A DNA stretch of 64,000 bases. Source: Candidatus Saccharimonadota bacterium. GTDB lineage: Bacteria; Patescibacteriota; Saccharimonadia; Saccharimonadales; Saccharimonadaceae. The stretch is taken from the NCBI GenBank assembly GCA_017459705.1, contig JAFUCJ010000005.1:7436-71435 (forward strand), given 5' to 3'. Both the position numbers and the translations under genes were made by a program. Shown here in pieces: positions 16,864 to 26,703 of this stretch. Position 1 is the first letter of the stretch. Each line of letters opens with the position of its first letter. Under the pieces are notes generated by a model. The model had not been told where the DNA came from and did no database searches. It saw nothing but the letters and a program-made list of their open reading frames with translations.

Positions 16864-18255
16864 TTATATGCCCACCCAGCCCTTCACTAACCACACTAAT
16901 AGCATTACTGCTAGATAAATTAAACAATACAATAGCATTTCACCAAAATACTGCTTATATGTCCTACCGAATAATTTCGTGTACACAAATTTAGGATAGC
17001 TATACAACCATAAAGCCAAACTGCTTACAAAAGTACCGATGAAAACGCCAGGAAGGCCGATCCACTGCACCAATAATACCGAAACCACAATGTTCAGTAG
17101 AGACTCTACTACTGGCACAAATCTATCCTCATGATAGATTCCAGCTGCCTCTTTGAATACCGCAAAACTCTCTCGCATCATTCTTTGAAAATGTACCATC
17201 AAAAGCGTAATTAATGTAAAACCAGACAACACATATTCACTGCCATACCAAAGTTTCACAAATAGATCAGCAAACAGTATAATGCCGGCAGAAGATATTA
17301 AGACCACGGCAAAATTTACGTTTCTTACCTTGCTAAAAACTTTAAAGTTCTTATCAGTATTTTTGTCTACGAGCATATTTCCCACCGTAGGCGTCAAAGC
17401 CTTAATAGTTTGCGTAAATACAGTCTCGACCGCCGAAAAGATCATATGATAGTTTGAATACAAGCCAACCGTAGATACGTTAATAAAAGCTGAGATAATA
17501 ATGTTATCGGTGCTAAAAATAACAAACGACGAGACCTTATGTATAAATATTGCTCGCATTTTTTTGAAGATATCTTTTTCAATCAGCTTATCGAGCCTCT
17601 TTATATCCTTATCTCGCAAGATTGGATGTCTCGTCTCGGCAATCTTATATAAACAGAAATTTTTTGCAAGCTGCGAAATAATTCCAATTACCAAATAGAT
17701 ATAATAATTATTAGTAAGTAACAGTAAAAGAATTTGGACTAGAACAGTTATTACATTGGTAACAGTTTGGATTCTAGTAATAATATGCCCCTGCTCCGTA
17801 GCGTATAGAATACTTTGCCGATATGACATCACATACGAAGCAATCGTACTCGCCAAGATCAAATTATATGCAATATACATGTTCACGCCAGGTACCGGTT
17901 CGCGCACAATAAAATGTAAGAACGGTAATAACATTACGCCAATACCAGCCGTAATCAGGGCAATTATATAATAAGCTTTCCTATAGAACCTTAATAGTGA
18001 CTTAATTACGTCAATTTTATTAGTTTTAATTGGCTCATATAGATTAAAAATGATAGCACTACTAATTCCTAATTCCACAATACTCAGCGCAGAAATAATA
18101 TTAGTAAGTACGCCATTAAGGCCTAGATATTCCACACCGAGACTATCAATGAATACTTTTTGGAGCACGAACTTCGTCAAAATGCTTGTCACGTTTCCGA
18201 TAAACGCACTTACTGAATTTTTTGCCGGAGCAGTTTTTCTGAACTTCTTGAACAT
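16864..18255 (-). CDS. Polysaccharide flippase (Wzx, MOP superfamily)
   Basis: 463 aa with ~12-14 TM segments. The sequence style is typical of oligosaccharide flippases, and the gene lies within the glycosyltransferase operon. Confidence 0.8.
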   Translation of the reverse strand: MFKKFRKTAPAKNSVSAFIGNVTSILTKFVLQKVFIDSLGVEYLGLNGVLTNIISALSIVELGISSAIIFNLYEPIKTNKIDVIKSLLRFYRKAYYIIALITAGIGVMLLPFLHFIVREPVPGVNMYIAYNLILASTIASYVMSYRQSILYATEQGHIITRIQTVTNVITVLVQILLLLLTNNYYIYLVIGIISQLAKNFCLYKIAETRHPILRDKDIKRLDKLIEKDIFKKMRAIFIHKVSSFVIFSTDNIIISAFINVSTVGLYSNYHMIFSAVETVFTQTIKALTPTVGNMLVDKNTDKNFKVFSKVRNVNFAVVLISSAGIILFADLFVKLWYGSEYVLSGFTLITLLMVHFQRMMRESFAVFKEAAGIYHEDRFVPVVESLLNIVVSVLLVQWIGLPGVFIGTFVSSLALWLYSYPKFVYTKLFGRTYKQYFGEMLLYCLIYLAVMLLVWLVKGWVGI

Positions 18256-18256
18256 G

Positions 18257-19291
18257 CTATTCCCCCCTCTTTATTATTTTGTGTAAAAATCGATATCGAC
18301 AGAAATTCTTCCAAACTACATTGCTATCCTTTTTTCCTATAGCTTTTACTGGTAGCCCGTTCTTTAATTTCTCCAAAACACCCATCTTTGCTACATAACA
18401 ATTTAATTTCTTTTCATCATCCTCCGATAAGCCTAATTGAGCAATGCAATCTTTAAAATCCGCTTCAAAATCTTCCTTTTTGTAGTCATCAATCAACGCC
18501 AAACGCTTCATCACCTCCCAGACCGCCTTCAACTGTTCATAAATCGCTATCTGCTTTGTTTCGTTATCAGAAACATTCTCGCTAACAAACCTCAACATTT
18601 CACATGTTACAAAAAGCCTATCTTTTATGTTTTGGGTAACACGCCATCGCTCTCTACTACGCGTTAAAGATTTGTTATTCATTCTATAATAATAAAACGA
18701 ATCATCAATCGCCAACATTTTGTCTAGGTCTTTGCAGGCTTCAACATTAATTAATAAATCTTCACCCAAACTCAAATCGTAATTAAACGATGGATTACCA
18801 TCCAATAATTCTCTTTTGTATATCTTTCCCCACAAACTATTTAGCTTATATCCAGTTACTAGTAGTGAGATAATTTCATCGTGTTCAATGATATTGTTGT
18901 CTTCAACGTTGGCAATTGGCATGACTATTCCACCGTCAGGATAATATTCTGCATTGAACCTAATGACGTCAACATCATATTTCTCCATTTTTTCTACAAG
19001 CGTCTTAATGGCACCGGATTTCAAAAAGTCGTCAGCATCAACAAACATTATGTAGTCGCCATTAGATTTTTGAAGTCCTAACTTTCTGGCTGCGTTTACG
19101 CCTAGGTGCTTCACGCTATGCACTTTTACGCAATCGGCATTCTTGGCAATATCAACAGATTTATCCGTCGAGCCATCATCCACAACGATAACCTCCTTCT
19201 CGGGGTAGTCTTGAGAAAGAACTGATTCTATACATCGTCCTATGTATTCTTCGCCATTGTAATTCGGAATTATTATGCTAACCTTCTTCAT
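18257..19291 (-). CDS. Glycosyltransferase family 2
   Basis: N-terminus VSIIIPNYNGEEYIGRCIESVLSQDY...IVVDDGSTD, with the DxD motif VDADD. Confidence 0.9.
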   Translation of the reverse strand: MKKVSIIIPNYNGEEYIGRCIESVLSQDYPEKEVIVVDDGSTDKSVDIAKNADCVKVHSVKHLGVNAARKLGLQKSNGDYIMFVDADDFLKSGAIKTLVEKMEKYDVDVIRFNAEYYPDGGIVMPIANVEDNNIIEHDEIISLLVTGYKLNSLWGKIYKRELLDGNPSFNYDLSLGEDLLINVEACKDLDKMLAIDDSFYYYRMNNKSLTRSRERWRVTQNIKDRLFVTCEMLRFVSENVSDNETKQIAIYEQLKAVWEVMKRLALIDDYKKEDFEADFKDCIAQLGLSEDDEKKLNCYVAKMGVLEKLKNGLPVKAIGKKDSNVVWKNFCRYRFLHKIIKRGE

Positions 19292-20585
19292 TGCTTACCC
19301 CCAGTTGCTGCCATTTTTCTTTCTCTTTGCTTTCAATATCATACGCAAGCTCTACAACGAAGATCAAAGGAAGCAATACGTAATATGCAGCGCCTTTGTA
19401 TTCAAACATCAGAAAAACAGTAAAAGCTTGAATCATTAGTACTTTACTTATTCGTCTAAGCCCCATAATTTCATACACTGTTAGCCCATAAGACAATATA
19501 AAACCTATCAACCCCCAAAATAGAATATTTCTCAAAAATCCAACGTCGGTATTCATGTAGTATAATCCATCATTTGTATACCGTCCATCGCCGTACATGA
19601 CCGTGTCTTCCGTAATATCAACCTGCCACATCTTTTGTAACTTATTAAAAGAACTGTCCCCCACATCACCAGTCGTTATTAAATTCGTAAACGGCGAACT
19701 CATCCACTCATACCAATCGCTCATTTCTGGAACTGTCTTTAATATGGCGCCACCTAAAGCCAGCAATATGACTAATGTAACCGTTGCAAATACTATATGT
19801 TTTATCCTATTTCTATTCCAATGTATAAAAGCGGCCGAACACGTGACTAAGGTTGCTACTAGGCCAACTCTACCATAAAACATATTCCCCAAAAAGCATA
19901 TCGTAAAAGCGGGCACGAACCATTTTGCACTTATTGCCGGCGAGCGTGTCCCGTATCTTAGATACATCAAAAACATAGCACTGAAAGTGCAACACAATGT
20001 TTCATGAAAACCCGCAAATCCCTGCCACCCAATACGAAACATATAACGGCTGGCATCCAAAGCACTCAAACTATCGAAAAAAGTTCCCTTGCTTGATATA
20101 GTAAACCACACGTCTTGCCATCCGGGCACAATAACTAAGAGAATCGTGCTTATCACGTATATCACGTGAGTTAAAGCAAAATAGAGCATAAAGTAATTCA
20201 TAACGTGCTCTCCTCCGTGTCTTTTAATCACCAAGCACAGTAATGCTACGTATGTTATGCCGCGCTTAAAGTAAAAAGCCAATGGCGTAAAATACGAAAA
20301 ATCCATCGTTTCATATAGTTGCGGGATCACAATAGACATTGCGATTAATAGCAACATAGCAATTACAGACATCCATTGCCTTGGTTTAAATTTTGTTAAA
20401 ATCTTTATATTCAAAATAATATAAAATAACGGAATCCCTATAGTTATTATATCCATTATTACGCCAGGTATTTTTAAGCTCGGAGTATATATAAAGAAAC
20501 AAAAAGCAATCAATGTTGCAAAACTTATTTTTGAAATCGATGGGTTATTAGAAGAGGCTATTATTTTCTGGAACATTTTTTTCAT
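19278..20585 (-). CDS. O-antigen/EPS polymerase-like membrane protein (Wzy-like)
   Basis: 435 aa, >10 TM segments with a large loop. It sits between the GT and flippase genes and overlaps both neighbours. Confidence 0.65.
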   Translation of the reverse strand: MKKMFQKIIASSNNPSISKISFATLIAFCFFIYTPSLKIPGVIMDIITIGIPLFYIILNIKILTKFKPRQWMSVIAMLLLIAMSIVIPQLYETMDFSYFTPLAFYFKRGITYVALLCLVIKRHGGEHVMNYFMLYFALTHVIYVISTILLVIVPGWQDVWFTISSKGTFFDSLSALDASRYMFRIGWQGFAGFHETLCCTFSAMFLMYLRYGTRSPAISAKWFVPAFTICFLGNMFYGRVGLVATLVTCSAAFIHWNRNRIKHIVFATVTLVILLALGGAILKTVPEMSDWYEWMSSPFTNLITTGDVGDSSFNKLQKMWQVDITEDTVMYGDGRYTNDGLYYMNTDVGFLRNILFWGLIGFILSYGLTVYEIMGLRRISKVLMIQAFTVFLMFEYKGAAYYVLLPLIFVVELAYDIESKEKEKWQQLGVSNEEG

Positions 20586-22873
20586 TTACCACCCCTCTCG
20601 TAGATCTTTTCCAACCTTTCGACTATTCGGTTTATAGAATAATCTTGTATTCTTAATGCTGGGACGACTCTTGACTTTTTAGCCTTATAAATATCATCTC
20701 GCCACTTTTTTGAATCTTCTGTTATATCTTCAAAAACAAAGTTCCGATTTATCTTAGTATTTGGCGAAATTGTCGAACTTGCGACAACTGGCAATCCATT
20801 TGCTTGAGCCTCGATCAAAGCCATGCTTAACCCTTCATACAACGAAGGAAACACAAATATGTCAAACATATTATATAAATAACAGACATCATTTCTATTA
20901 CCTAGGAATAAGACTCTTTCCGCAACACCTAATTCTCTCGCCACCTTTTTTAAATGCCCATTAAGATCCCCATCGCCAACGATAACCATCTTGTATTTAC
21001 TACTATCTAGTTCTTTAAGTATCCTCAATAAATGTTCTTGATTCTTTTCTTTCGAAAGTCGGCCAACGTGCCCTATTATTATGTCGTCATCAGAATATCC
21101 AAACTTCTTTCTATACTTCAATCTAATTTCCTCATCAAACAAATATTGATCAATCTCCACACCATTATATATTACTTCAAAATTATATCCCCTAAACAAG
21201 TTTTCTCCGGCTTCTTTTTCGCAAGCAATCAAATTCGTAGCATTTCTTTGCATCATGTTCGCCAAAAACTTATGATACATTTTTCTTCCAAATCTATCCG
21301 GGCAAGTCGTATGAGAGTGCGAAATTCGCACCCTGGCGGCATTTTTATTTGCTGCTTTCATCACTAAGGCATTTTCAAAAGCGACATTACCATGTACTAT
21401 ATCCGGCTTCTCCATCTTCATTATCTTGTTTAAATCCATATACCGTTTTATTGGGTTTCTCGTAGTCGGAATACGCAAGATCCTACACCCAAGTTTGATT
21501 ATCTCATCCTCATAATCGAACTTAAAATCCTTAAATGTAAGAAACACTATTTCATATTTCTGTTTGTTAGCAAGTATTCTAACTACATTCATTAAAAAGG
21601 TCTCTATGCCACCATAGTTCATCTTATTAGATACATACATTATTTTTTTCTTTTTTTGTGTTTCCGGAATGTGGTTGTTATTATTCGCAATTGCATTGTA
21701 GAGTCTTTCACAATTCCTAGCATCATGAAGGGTAAAAAAAATCTTCGCGCGCATACCATAGTCAACAGTTTTAGTAGCATTTATTAACTTTTTGATCGAT
21801 CGCAATATATCATCCATATTGTCAACAACTGGCCCAAAACCATCTTTTTTATAATCAAAGTATCCCTCTTGATGCTGCCGCGCACGATACTCCTTTAAAT
21901 CAAATTGGTAATAGATCACTGGTTTATTCAGAAATGCAAAATCAAACGCCACACTAGAATAATCTGTAACCATTAAATTACATTTGCTAAAGAACCTTTG
22001 AATATTATCGTCTGGCGATAGTATTTTGATATTCCTACTCGGTGAATTGAAAAACTTCAAGAACGAGCGCATATTTATATGAGGATAAAAATAAACTCTT
22101 ATATTATTTTCTTCAATATACTTTATAAAATCTTGATTTTTCAAAAACCCAGACCAACTCTTATAATAATCTGTACTTAAAAAATTTCTATTTTTAAACA
22201 TCTTGTTTTTATCTCCACCCAACCAATTTCTCCAAGTCGGCATAATAAGTATCGACTTTTGTTTTTGCTTCCTGCTAGCATCTTTTAAACTATCCCACCT
22301 AGGGAATCCGGTAAGTAGTAAACTATCCTTTTTATAGCCAAATTTTCCCAAAATATAATCATATTCCCGCTTTGCACCGCAAACAAAATATTTGAAACGA
22401 GTCTGATTATAGTAAATCCATTTTGAGTCATCCTTTGTAATTCCATGCTGCAGGAAGACGCGGTCCTTGTATAATCCGAGCTTCACATGTAAGATATACC
22501 AAAAAATCGGGGCAGGATTTCCAGATTTTTGACTGCTAATATTTAAGTTTGCAGACATATAAAATAGCCAGTGCTTCAAACCGCCCCATTTTATCACATT
22601 CCCTAATTTAGCCACCTTGTCATAGCCGGCAGAATCAAACGTCATCGCATAAAAACAATAATCCGACGGATGTTTTTCCCTCACATATTTATAGAAATAA
22701 TATCCATTATCACGCGCTTCTCCTTCTTCAGCAATTAGCCATAGATTGCGTTTTCTAAGTTTATTAACAACCCGGAATGCAGAAGATGGTACTAATAGCA
22801 ACAGAAAAACAAACGGCGCCAGCAAATCTCTCATTTTAAACTGTTTAATCGCATTAATAATCCGCCCCATCAC
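20582..22873 (-). CDS. Fusion: CDP-glycerol glycerophosphotransferase (TagB/TagF family) + GT4 glycosyltransferase
   Basis: The N-terminal half has ILIMPTWRNW and VTDYSSVAFDFAFLNKPVIYY (TagF family). The C-terminal half starts IMYVSNKMNYGGIETF and has FVFPSLYEGLSMALIEAQANGLPVV (GT4). Confidence 0.85.
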   Translation of the reverse strand: MMGRIINAIKQFKMRDLLAPFVFLLLLVPSSAFRVVNKLRKRNLWLIAEEGEARDNGYYFYKYVREKHPSDYCFYAMTFDSAGYDKVAKLGNVIKWGGLKHWLFYMSANLNISSQKSGNPAPIFWYILHVKLGLYKDRVFLQHGITKDDSKWIYYNQTRFKYFVCGAKREYDYILGKFGYKKDSLLLTGFPRWDSLKDASRKQKQKSILIMPTWRNWLGGDKNKMFKNRNFLSTDYYKSWSGFLKNQDFIKYIEENNIRVYFYPHINMRSFLKFFNSPSRNIKILSPDDNIQRFFSKCNLMVTDYSSVAFDFAFLNKPVIYYQFDLKEYRARQHQEGYFDYKKDGFGPVVDNMDDILRSIKKLINATKTVDYGMRAKIFFTLHDARNCERLYNAIANNNNHIPETQKKKKIMYVSNKMNYGGIETFLMNVVRILANKQKYEIVFLTFKDFKFDYEDEIIKLGCRILRIPTTRNPIKRYMDLNKIMKMEKPDIVHGNVAFENALVMKAANKNAARVRISHSHTTCPDRFGRKMYHKFLANMMQRNATNLIACEKEAGENLFRGYNFEVIYNGVEIDQYLFDEEIRLKYRKKFGYSDDDIIIGHVGRLSKEKNQEHLLRILKELDSSKYKMVIVGDGDLNGHLKKVARELGVAERVLFLGNRNDVCYLYNMFDIFVFPSLYEGLSMALIEAQANGLPVVASSTISPNTKINRNFVFEDITEDSKKWRDDIYKAKKSRVVPALRIQDYSINRIVERLEKIYERGGK

Positions 22874-23655
22874 ACCCTCCTCCTCACAGCGTTCACTGCA
22901 TATCCTGCAAAATTCACCGCACTAGCAAGCGCGTTAAGGCTTTCTTGTTTACGATACAATCTCCAAATGCGCAAAATCGCCACCACCTTATTTGCCGACA
23001 AAGTCCCATTGCTACGTCTATAGATCGCAAGCGGTTCATCAAGTCCATACGCACACTCGATTTTCTTCAATATCTTCCACCAAGTTGCCGTATCCTCACT
23101 TGCTATATTTGGCATTTCTATATCAACTTTACTTAGCTTTTTCATATCAAACATTACTGCAATAGTTGATATCGTCGTATTCCTTAGCGCCTGCTTGTAC
23201 GTAATCGTCGCCGGCACATGTACGACCTTCCCATTCGGTCGACCTTCCGCATCCGCAAACTCATACCCAGTAAACGAAAACTCGCAATCCTTCTCCTGCA
23301 TGAACTTGACCTGTCGCTCCAGCTTCTCTGGCAACCATAAATCATCCGCATCAAGAAATGCCAAATAATCACCCCGCGCCTCTTTCGTGCCGGTATTTCT
23401 GGCAATTGCGGCACCCTGATTTTTGTTCAAGCAAACTAATTTTACCTGCTCAGAAGCATGCTTACTGATAACGCCCACCGTATCATCAGCAGAACAGTCG
23501 TCAACAATAATCAGCTCCCAGTTATGATAGGTCTGGCCTTGTACCGAGCCTATCGTCTGCGCAATATATTTTGCAGAATTATGCGTTGGTATCACAATGC
23601 TCACTAATGGCGATCGTTGCTCCTGCGACTTCTTTTTCATCTCTTCTTCCAACAA
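22870..23655 (-). CDS. Glycosyltransferase family 2
   Basis: VSIVIPTHNSAKYIAQTIGSVQGQTYHNWELIIVDDCSADDT, with DxD motif LDADD. Confidence 0.9.
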   Translation of the reverse strand: MLEEEMKKKSQEQRSPLVSIVIPTHNSAKYIAQTIGSVQGQTYHNWELIIVDDCSADDTVGVISKHASEQVKLVCLNKNQGAAIARNTGTKEARGDYLAFLDADDLWLPEKLERQVKFMQEKDCEFSFTGYEFADAEGRPNGKVVHVPATITYKQALRNTTISTIAVMFDMKKLSKVDIEMPNIASEDTATWWKILKKIECAYGLDEPLAIYRRSNGTLSANKVVAILRIWRLYRKQESLNALASAVNFAGYAVNAVRRRV

Positions 23656-23771
23656 AAACTTCCTAATACTCCAATTATATCACACTTCCCACTCTTCGTC
23701 AAGTGCGCGTAATAGTCCGGCGCCCTTGCGGTAAAGGGGATGTTAGTGAGTTATCTGCTGAAACGATCCTG

Positions 23772-24347
23772 TCAGAGTTCAATTAAGCTGACAATTCGTC
23801 CGTTATCGTATTCGGCGAGGGCGTTTTGATATTTCCTGAATTCAGGAGTTTCGCGCTTTACGGCGGTATCTACTAATGGTAAGTCAAAACGCATTAGAAG
23901 TTCGGACAAAATAGCACGGATGGTGCGGCCATTGAAATCTTGGAACGGATGAACATGCAAGAATTCACCCTCGGCATAGGCTAAGGTTTCAATCTGTAAA
24001 TCTAGGGTGACAGATTTGTCTAGCCGAGCTTGCATATTGGCGACATACTCGTGCATTTTAATTGGTATCTCGTATGGTTCGGGCGGGAGCCAGTTGCCAA
24101 CCTGAACTGGCACATTGCGCCACTTACCTGCAATTCCGGGTATAATATCACCGATAATGCGAAAATGGAAGTTTTTGATTAAATCTTCATCAAAAGAATG
24201 GTTTATGAACTTGCAATCCGTAATGTCATCCAGTAACTGCAACAATTTCGGAGCAATTAAATCTGAAAGTTCGGCATAAGTAAGTTTGCCTTTGGTGGTA
24301 TCAAAAGTACGGGTAGTACTTTCTAGCGAGCGTTCTTCTGTAGCCAT
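23772..24347 (-). CDS. Fic domain protein (class I FicT-like toxin candidate)
   Basis: 191 aa with Fic motif HVHPFQDFNGRTIR. This matches the canonical HxFx(D/E)GNGRxxR except for G to F at position 6. Confidence 0.8.
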   Translation of the reverse strand: MATEERSLESTTRTFDTTKGKLTYAELSDLIAPKLLQLLDDITDCKFINHSFDEDLIKNFHFRIIGDIIPGIAGKWRNVPVQVGNWLPPEPYEIPIKMHEYVANMQARLDKSVTLDLQIETLAYAEGEFLHVHPFQDFNGRTIRAILSELLMRFDLPLVDTAVKRETPEFRKYQNALAEYDNGRIVSLIEL

Positions 24348-24493
24348 AAGTCGGAAACTGGCTCTCCCTCCATCGCCATCGAACTTGCGACCTGCTTAAC
24401 ATTTAGAGTGCGCAAAACTGAACGACGCTCTGACTTAGGCAGACTGCGCCATTTTTCTATATTTGCATACATTCTTTTTTCTTTGGTTGTCAT
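24323..24493 (-). CDS. Candidate VbhA-like antitoxin (56 aa)
   Basis: Unlisted ORF MTTKEKRMYANIEKWRSLPKSERRSVLRTLNVKQVASSMAMEGEPVSDLWLQKNAR. It contains SMAMEG, matching the inhibitory (S/T)xxxE(G/N) motif. It overlaps the Fic start by 25 nt. TGGTAAAAT lies 6 nt before its ATG. Confidence 0.55.
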   Translation of the reverse strand: MTTKEKRMYANIEKWRSLPKSERRSVLRTLNVKQVASSMAMEGEPVSDLWLQKNAR

Positions 24494-24549
24494 AAGTGTA
24501 TTTTACCATTTTTGAGCTAAAAAAACAACAGGGCGCGTAAAAGCCCCCC

Positions 24550-25260
24550 CTACACCCCCTCATTCCTCCGCGCCAAGTCGTTCAAATCATTATGCACCGC
24601 CGCCTTCCCTGCATCCGCCCCACTCTGCGCCAGCACCATCTTTACGGTCAGTAGTACTACTTTTATATCCTGCCTCAGCGAATAATTCCTCACATATTCC
24701 AGATCATAATCAATTTTCTGAAAAATCGTTAGCCCATTCCGCCCCTTCGCCTGCGCCAGCCCGGTAATCCCCGGTAGTACCTTCACGCGTCCGCGCTCCC
24801 GCTCGTTCATCCTCTCATAATACTCTGGTATCCACGGCCGCGGCCCGATAAACGCCATCTGCCCGAGCGCCACATTGATCAGCTGCGGCAGCTCATCAAT
24901 CGACGTCCGCCGTAGCACCCCGCCTACACGCGTGTATTTATCCGCACACGAATTATCTCGTATATCATTGTCTGCCGTCATGCTCCGGAACTTCATAATT
25001 TCAAACTCGCGCCCATTCTTTCCAGTCCGTTTTTGTCTGAAAAACACCGGCCCCGGGCTATCAATCTTGATAATTGCTGCAACTACCAAAAACAATGGTG
25101 ACAGCAAAATCAAGAACACGCTCGCTAGCGCAAAATCCAATCCCCGCTTGAACGCGCCATATATGGCGACCCTGATTGAATGTAGTCTTTCGTACCACAA
25201 GCCGTACGAAAGTGTTAATGACCCCTGATACGAGGAGTCTGCCTCGATTTTCTTTGGCAT
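24550..25260 (-). CDS. Undecaprenyl-phosphate sugar phosphotransferase (bacterial sugar transferase, WbaP/EpsL-like)
   Basis: 236 aa. One TM segment then PGPVFFRQKRTGKNGREFEIMKFRSM...RPWIPEY...GITGLAQ, typical of the priming transferase family. Confidence 0.9.
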   Translation of the reverse strand: MPKKIEADSSYQGSLTLSYGLWYERLHSIRVAIYGAFKRGLDFALASVFLILLSPLFLVVAAIIKIDSPGPVFFRQKRTGKNGREFEIMKFRSMTADNDIRDNSCADKYTRVGGVLRRTSIDELPQLINVALGQMAFIGPRPWIPEYYERMNERERGRVKVLPGITGLAQAKGRNGLTIFQKIDYDLEYVRNYSLRQDIKVVLLTVKMVLAQSGADAGKAAVHNDLNDLARRNEGV

Positions 25261-25337
25261 CTAATCTCTCCCTGATGCCCACCATAAATACCTACACTCT
25301 ATCCTACCATACCACCGCCGATTAGTCAAGCATAAAC

Positions 25338-25427
25338 ATCATCCCTCCGCCGTCAGCCATCCCCCCGCCGTCATCCCCCGCCGTCAACTCTCATCCCCCG
25401 CCATCAACTCCCACCGCCCGCCACCCC
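25338..25427. repeat. Imperfect tandem C-rich repeats (CATCCCCCGCCGTCA-like; G-rich on the minus strand)
   Basis: 4-5 degenerate ~16-18-nt units in the spacer upstream of the sugar transferase. The minus strand carries many GGG-GGGGGG runs. Confidence 0.7.
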
Positions 25428-25505
25428 AACTATCATAACTACCAACTATCGCCAAAACCGACTAAGTGTGATACAATATATCATATACATTTTTGAAAGG
25501 GTGTT

Positions 25506-26483
25506 ATGAACAATACGCAAATCTATAAAAAGACTATTAAGTTCTCTCTCTGGCGTTTGCTGTGGGACTTCCTCGCCATAGTGGCGTTCGTTGGTTTCTC
25601 GGCTGCCGGTTTCGTCGTGGCCAATCAATCTTCCGGTAATGGGCTTATCGGCCTAGCCATTGGCGCCGTGCTCGGCGGTATTTCAGCCTATCTGATTCTC
25701 CACTTCCTAGCCTACACCTATACTGCCGGTCAGATCGCCATGATGACCGAGGGTGTCACCACTGGCAAACTCCCAGACAACCCAGTCGCCGCTGGTCGCA
25801 AAATCGTCAAGGAACGCTTTGCTACCGTCGCCGCCTACTATGCTGTTACTGGCATTATCAAGGGTATCTTCTCTCAAATCGGCCAAGGCATCACTGCTGT
25901 CGGCAAGGCTGTTGGTGGCGATACTGGTGGTGCTGTCGGTGGCACAATTTCTAGCGCTATCCAGACCGTCGTCGCTTATCTCTGCGATTGCTGTCTTGGC
26001 TGGGTCTTTTATCGCAAGGACGAGAAGGCTACTCGCGCCACTCTCGAAGGTGCCGTCATCTTCTTCAAACATGGCAAAACTCTCGCCAAGAACCTCGGCC
26101 GCGTATTCGGTATGGGTGCCCTCTCGCTTCTTATCATCGGAGGTATCTTTGCGGGCATTACTTATCTCATATTGCAAGCCATGCCTGATGTCATGGGTAG
26201 CCTGAGCGCCGAAGTTGCCGAAGCTATCGCCCGCAACGGCAATAGTGTCCCCGAGCTCGTCTCGAATCCTACTACGTTCACCGTCATCTGCTCTCTGATT
26301 AGCGGCGTCATCATCTGGTCGACGATTCACTCAACCTTTGTTCGTCCGTTCATCCTCGTCGGCGTTCTTCGCAATTTCATGAAGTCCGGTATCGAAAATA
26401 TTCCAAAAGAATCCGAATTCGCCGAACTTGACAAGAAATCCGCCAAGTTCAAGAAACTCCATTCCGAAGTCGCCGCCGAATAA
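25506..26483 (+). CDS. Multi-pass membrane protein, function unknown
   Basis: 325 aa with several Gly/Ala-rich TM segments. RBS AAAGGG. No motif recognised. Confidence 0.6.
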   Translation: MNNTQIYKKTIKFSLWRLLWDFLAIVAFVGFSAAGFVVANQSSGNGLIGLAIGAVLGGISAYLILHFLAYTYTAGQIAMMTEGVTTGKLPDNPVAAGRKIVKERFATVAAYYAVTGIIKGIFSQIGQGITAVGKAVGGDTGGAVGGTISSAIQTVVAYLCDCCLGWVFYRKDEKATRATLEGAVIFFKHGKTLAKNLGRVFGMGALSLLIIGGIFAGITYLILQAMPDVMGSLSAEVAEAIARNGNSVPELVSNPTTFTVICSLISGVIIWSTIHSTFVRPFILVGVLRNFMKSGIENIPKESEFAELDKKSAKFKKLHSEVAAE

Positions 26484-26484
26484 T

Positions 26485-26703
26485 ATGCCTGTCCACCAAG
26501 TTACCGTCAAACCAGGCTCTTCGCAGGAGAAAATCATAGAGCTCGCTCCTGGCGAGCTCGTGGTCTATCTTCGCGCCAAACCTCACGATGGCGAGGCCAA
26601 CGAAGCTCTCGTGAAGCTCCTCTCCAAACATTTCGGCGTTCCGAAGACCACCATCAGGATCATTCACGGCGGTAAATCGCGCGTCAAGACTATTGAGTTC
26701 TAA
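26485..26703 (+). CDS. DUF167 (YggU) family protein
   Basis: Start set to MPVHQVTVKPGSSQ. The pattern ...YLRAKPHDGEANEALVKLLSKHFGVPKTTIRIIHGGKSRVK fits YggU-like proteins. Confidence 0.8.
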   Translation: MPVHQVTVKPGSSQEKIIELAPGELVVYLRAKPHDGEANEALVKLLSKHFGVPKTTIRIIHGGKSRVKTIEF

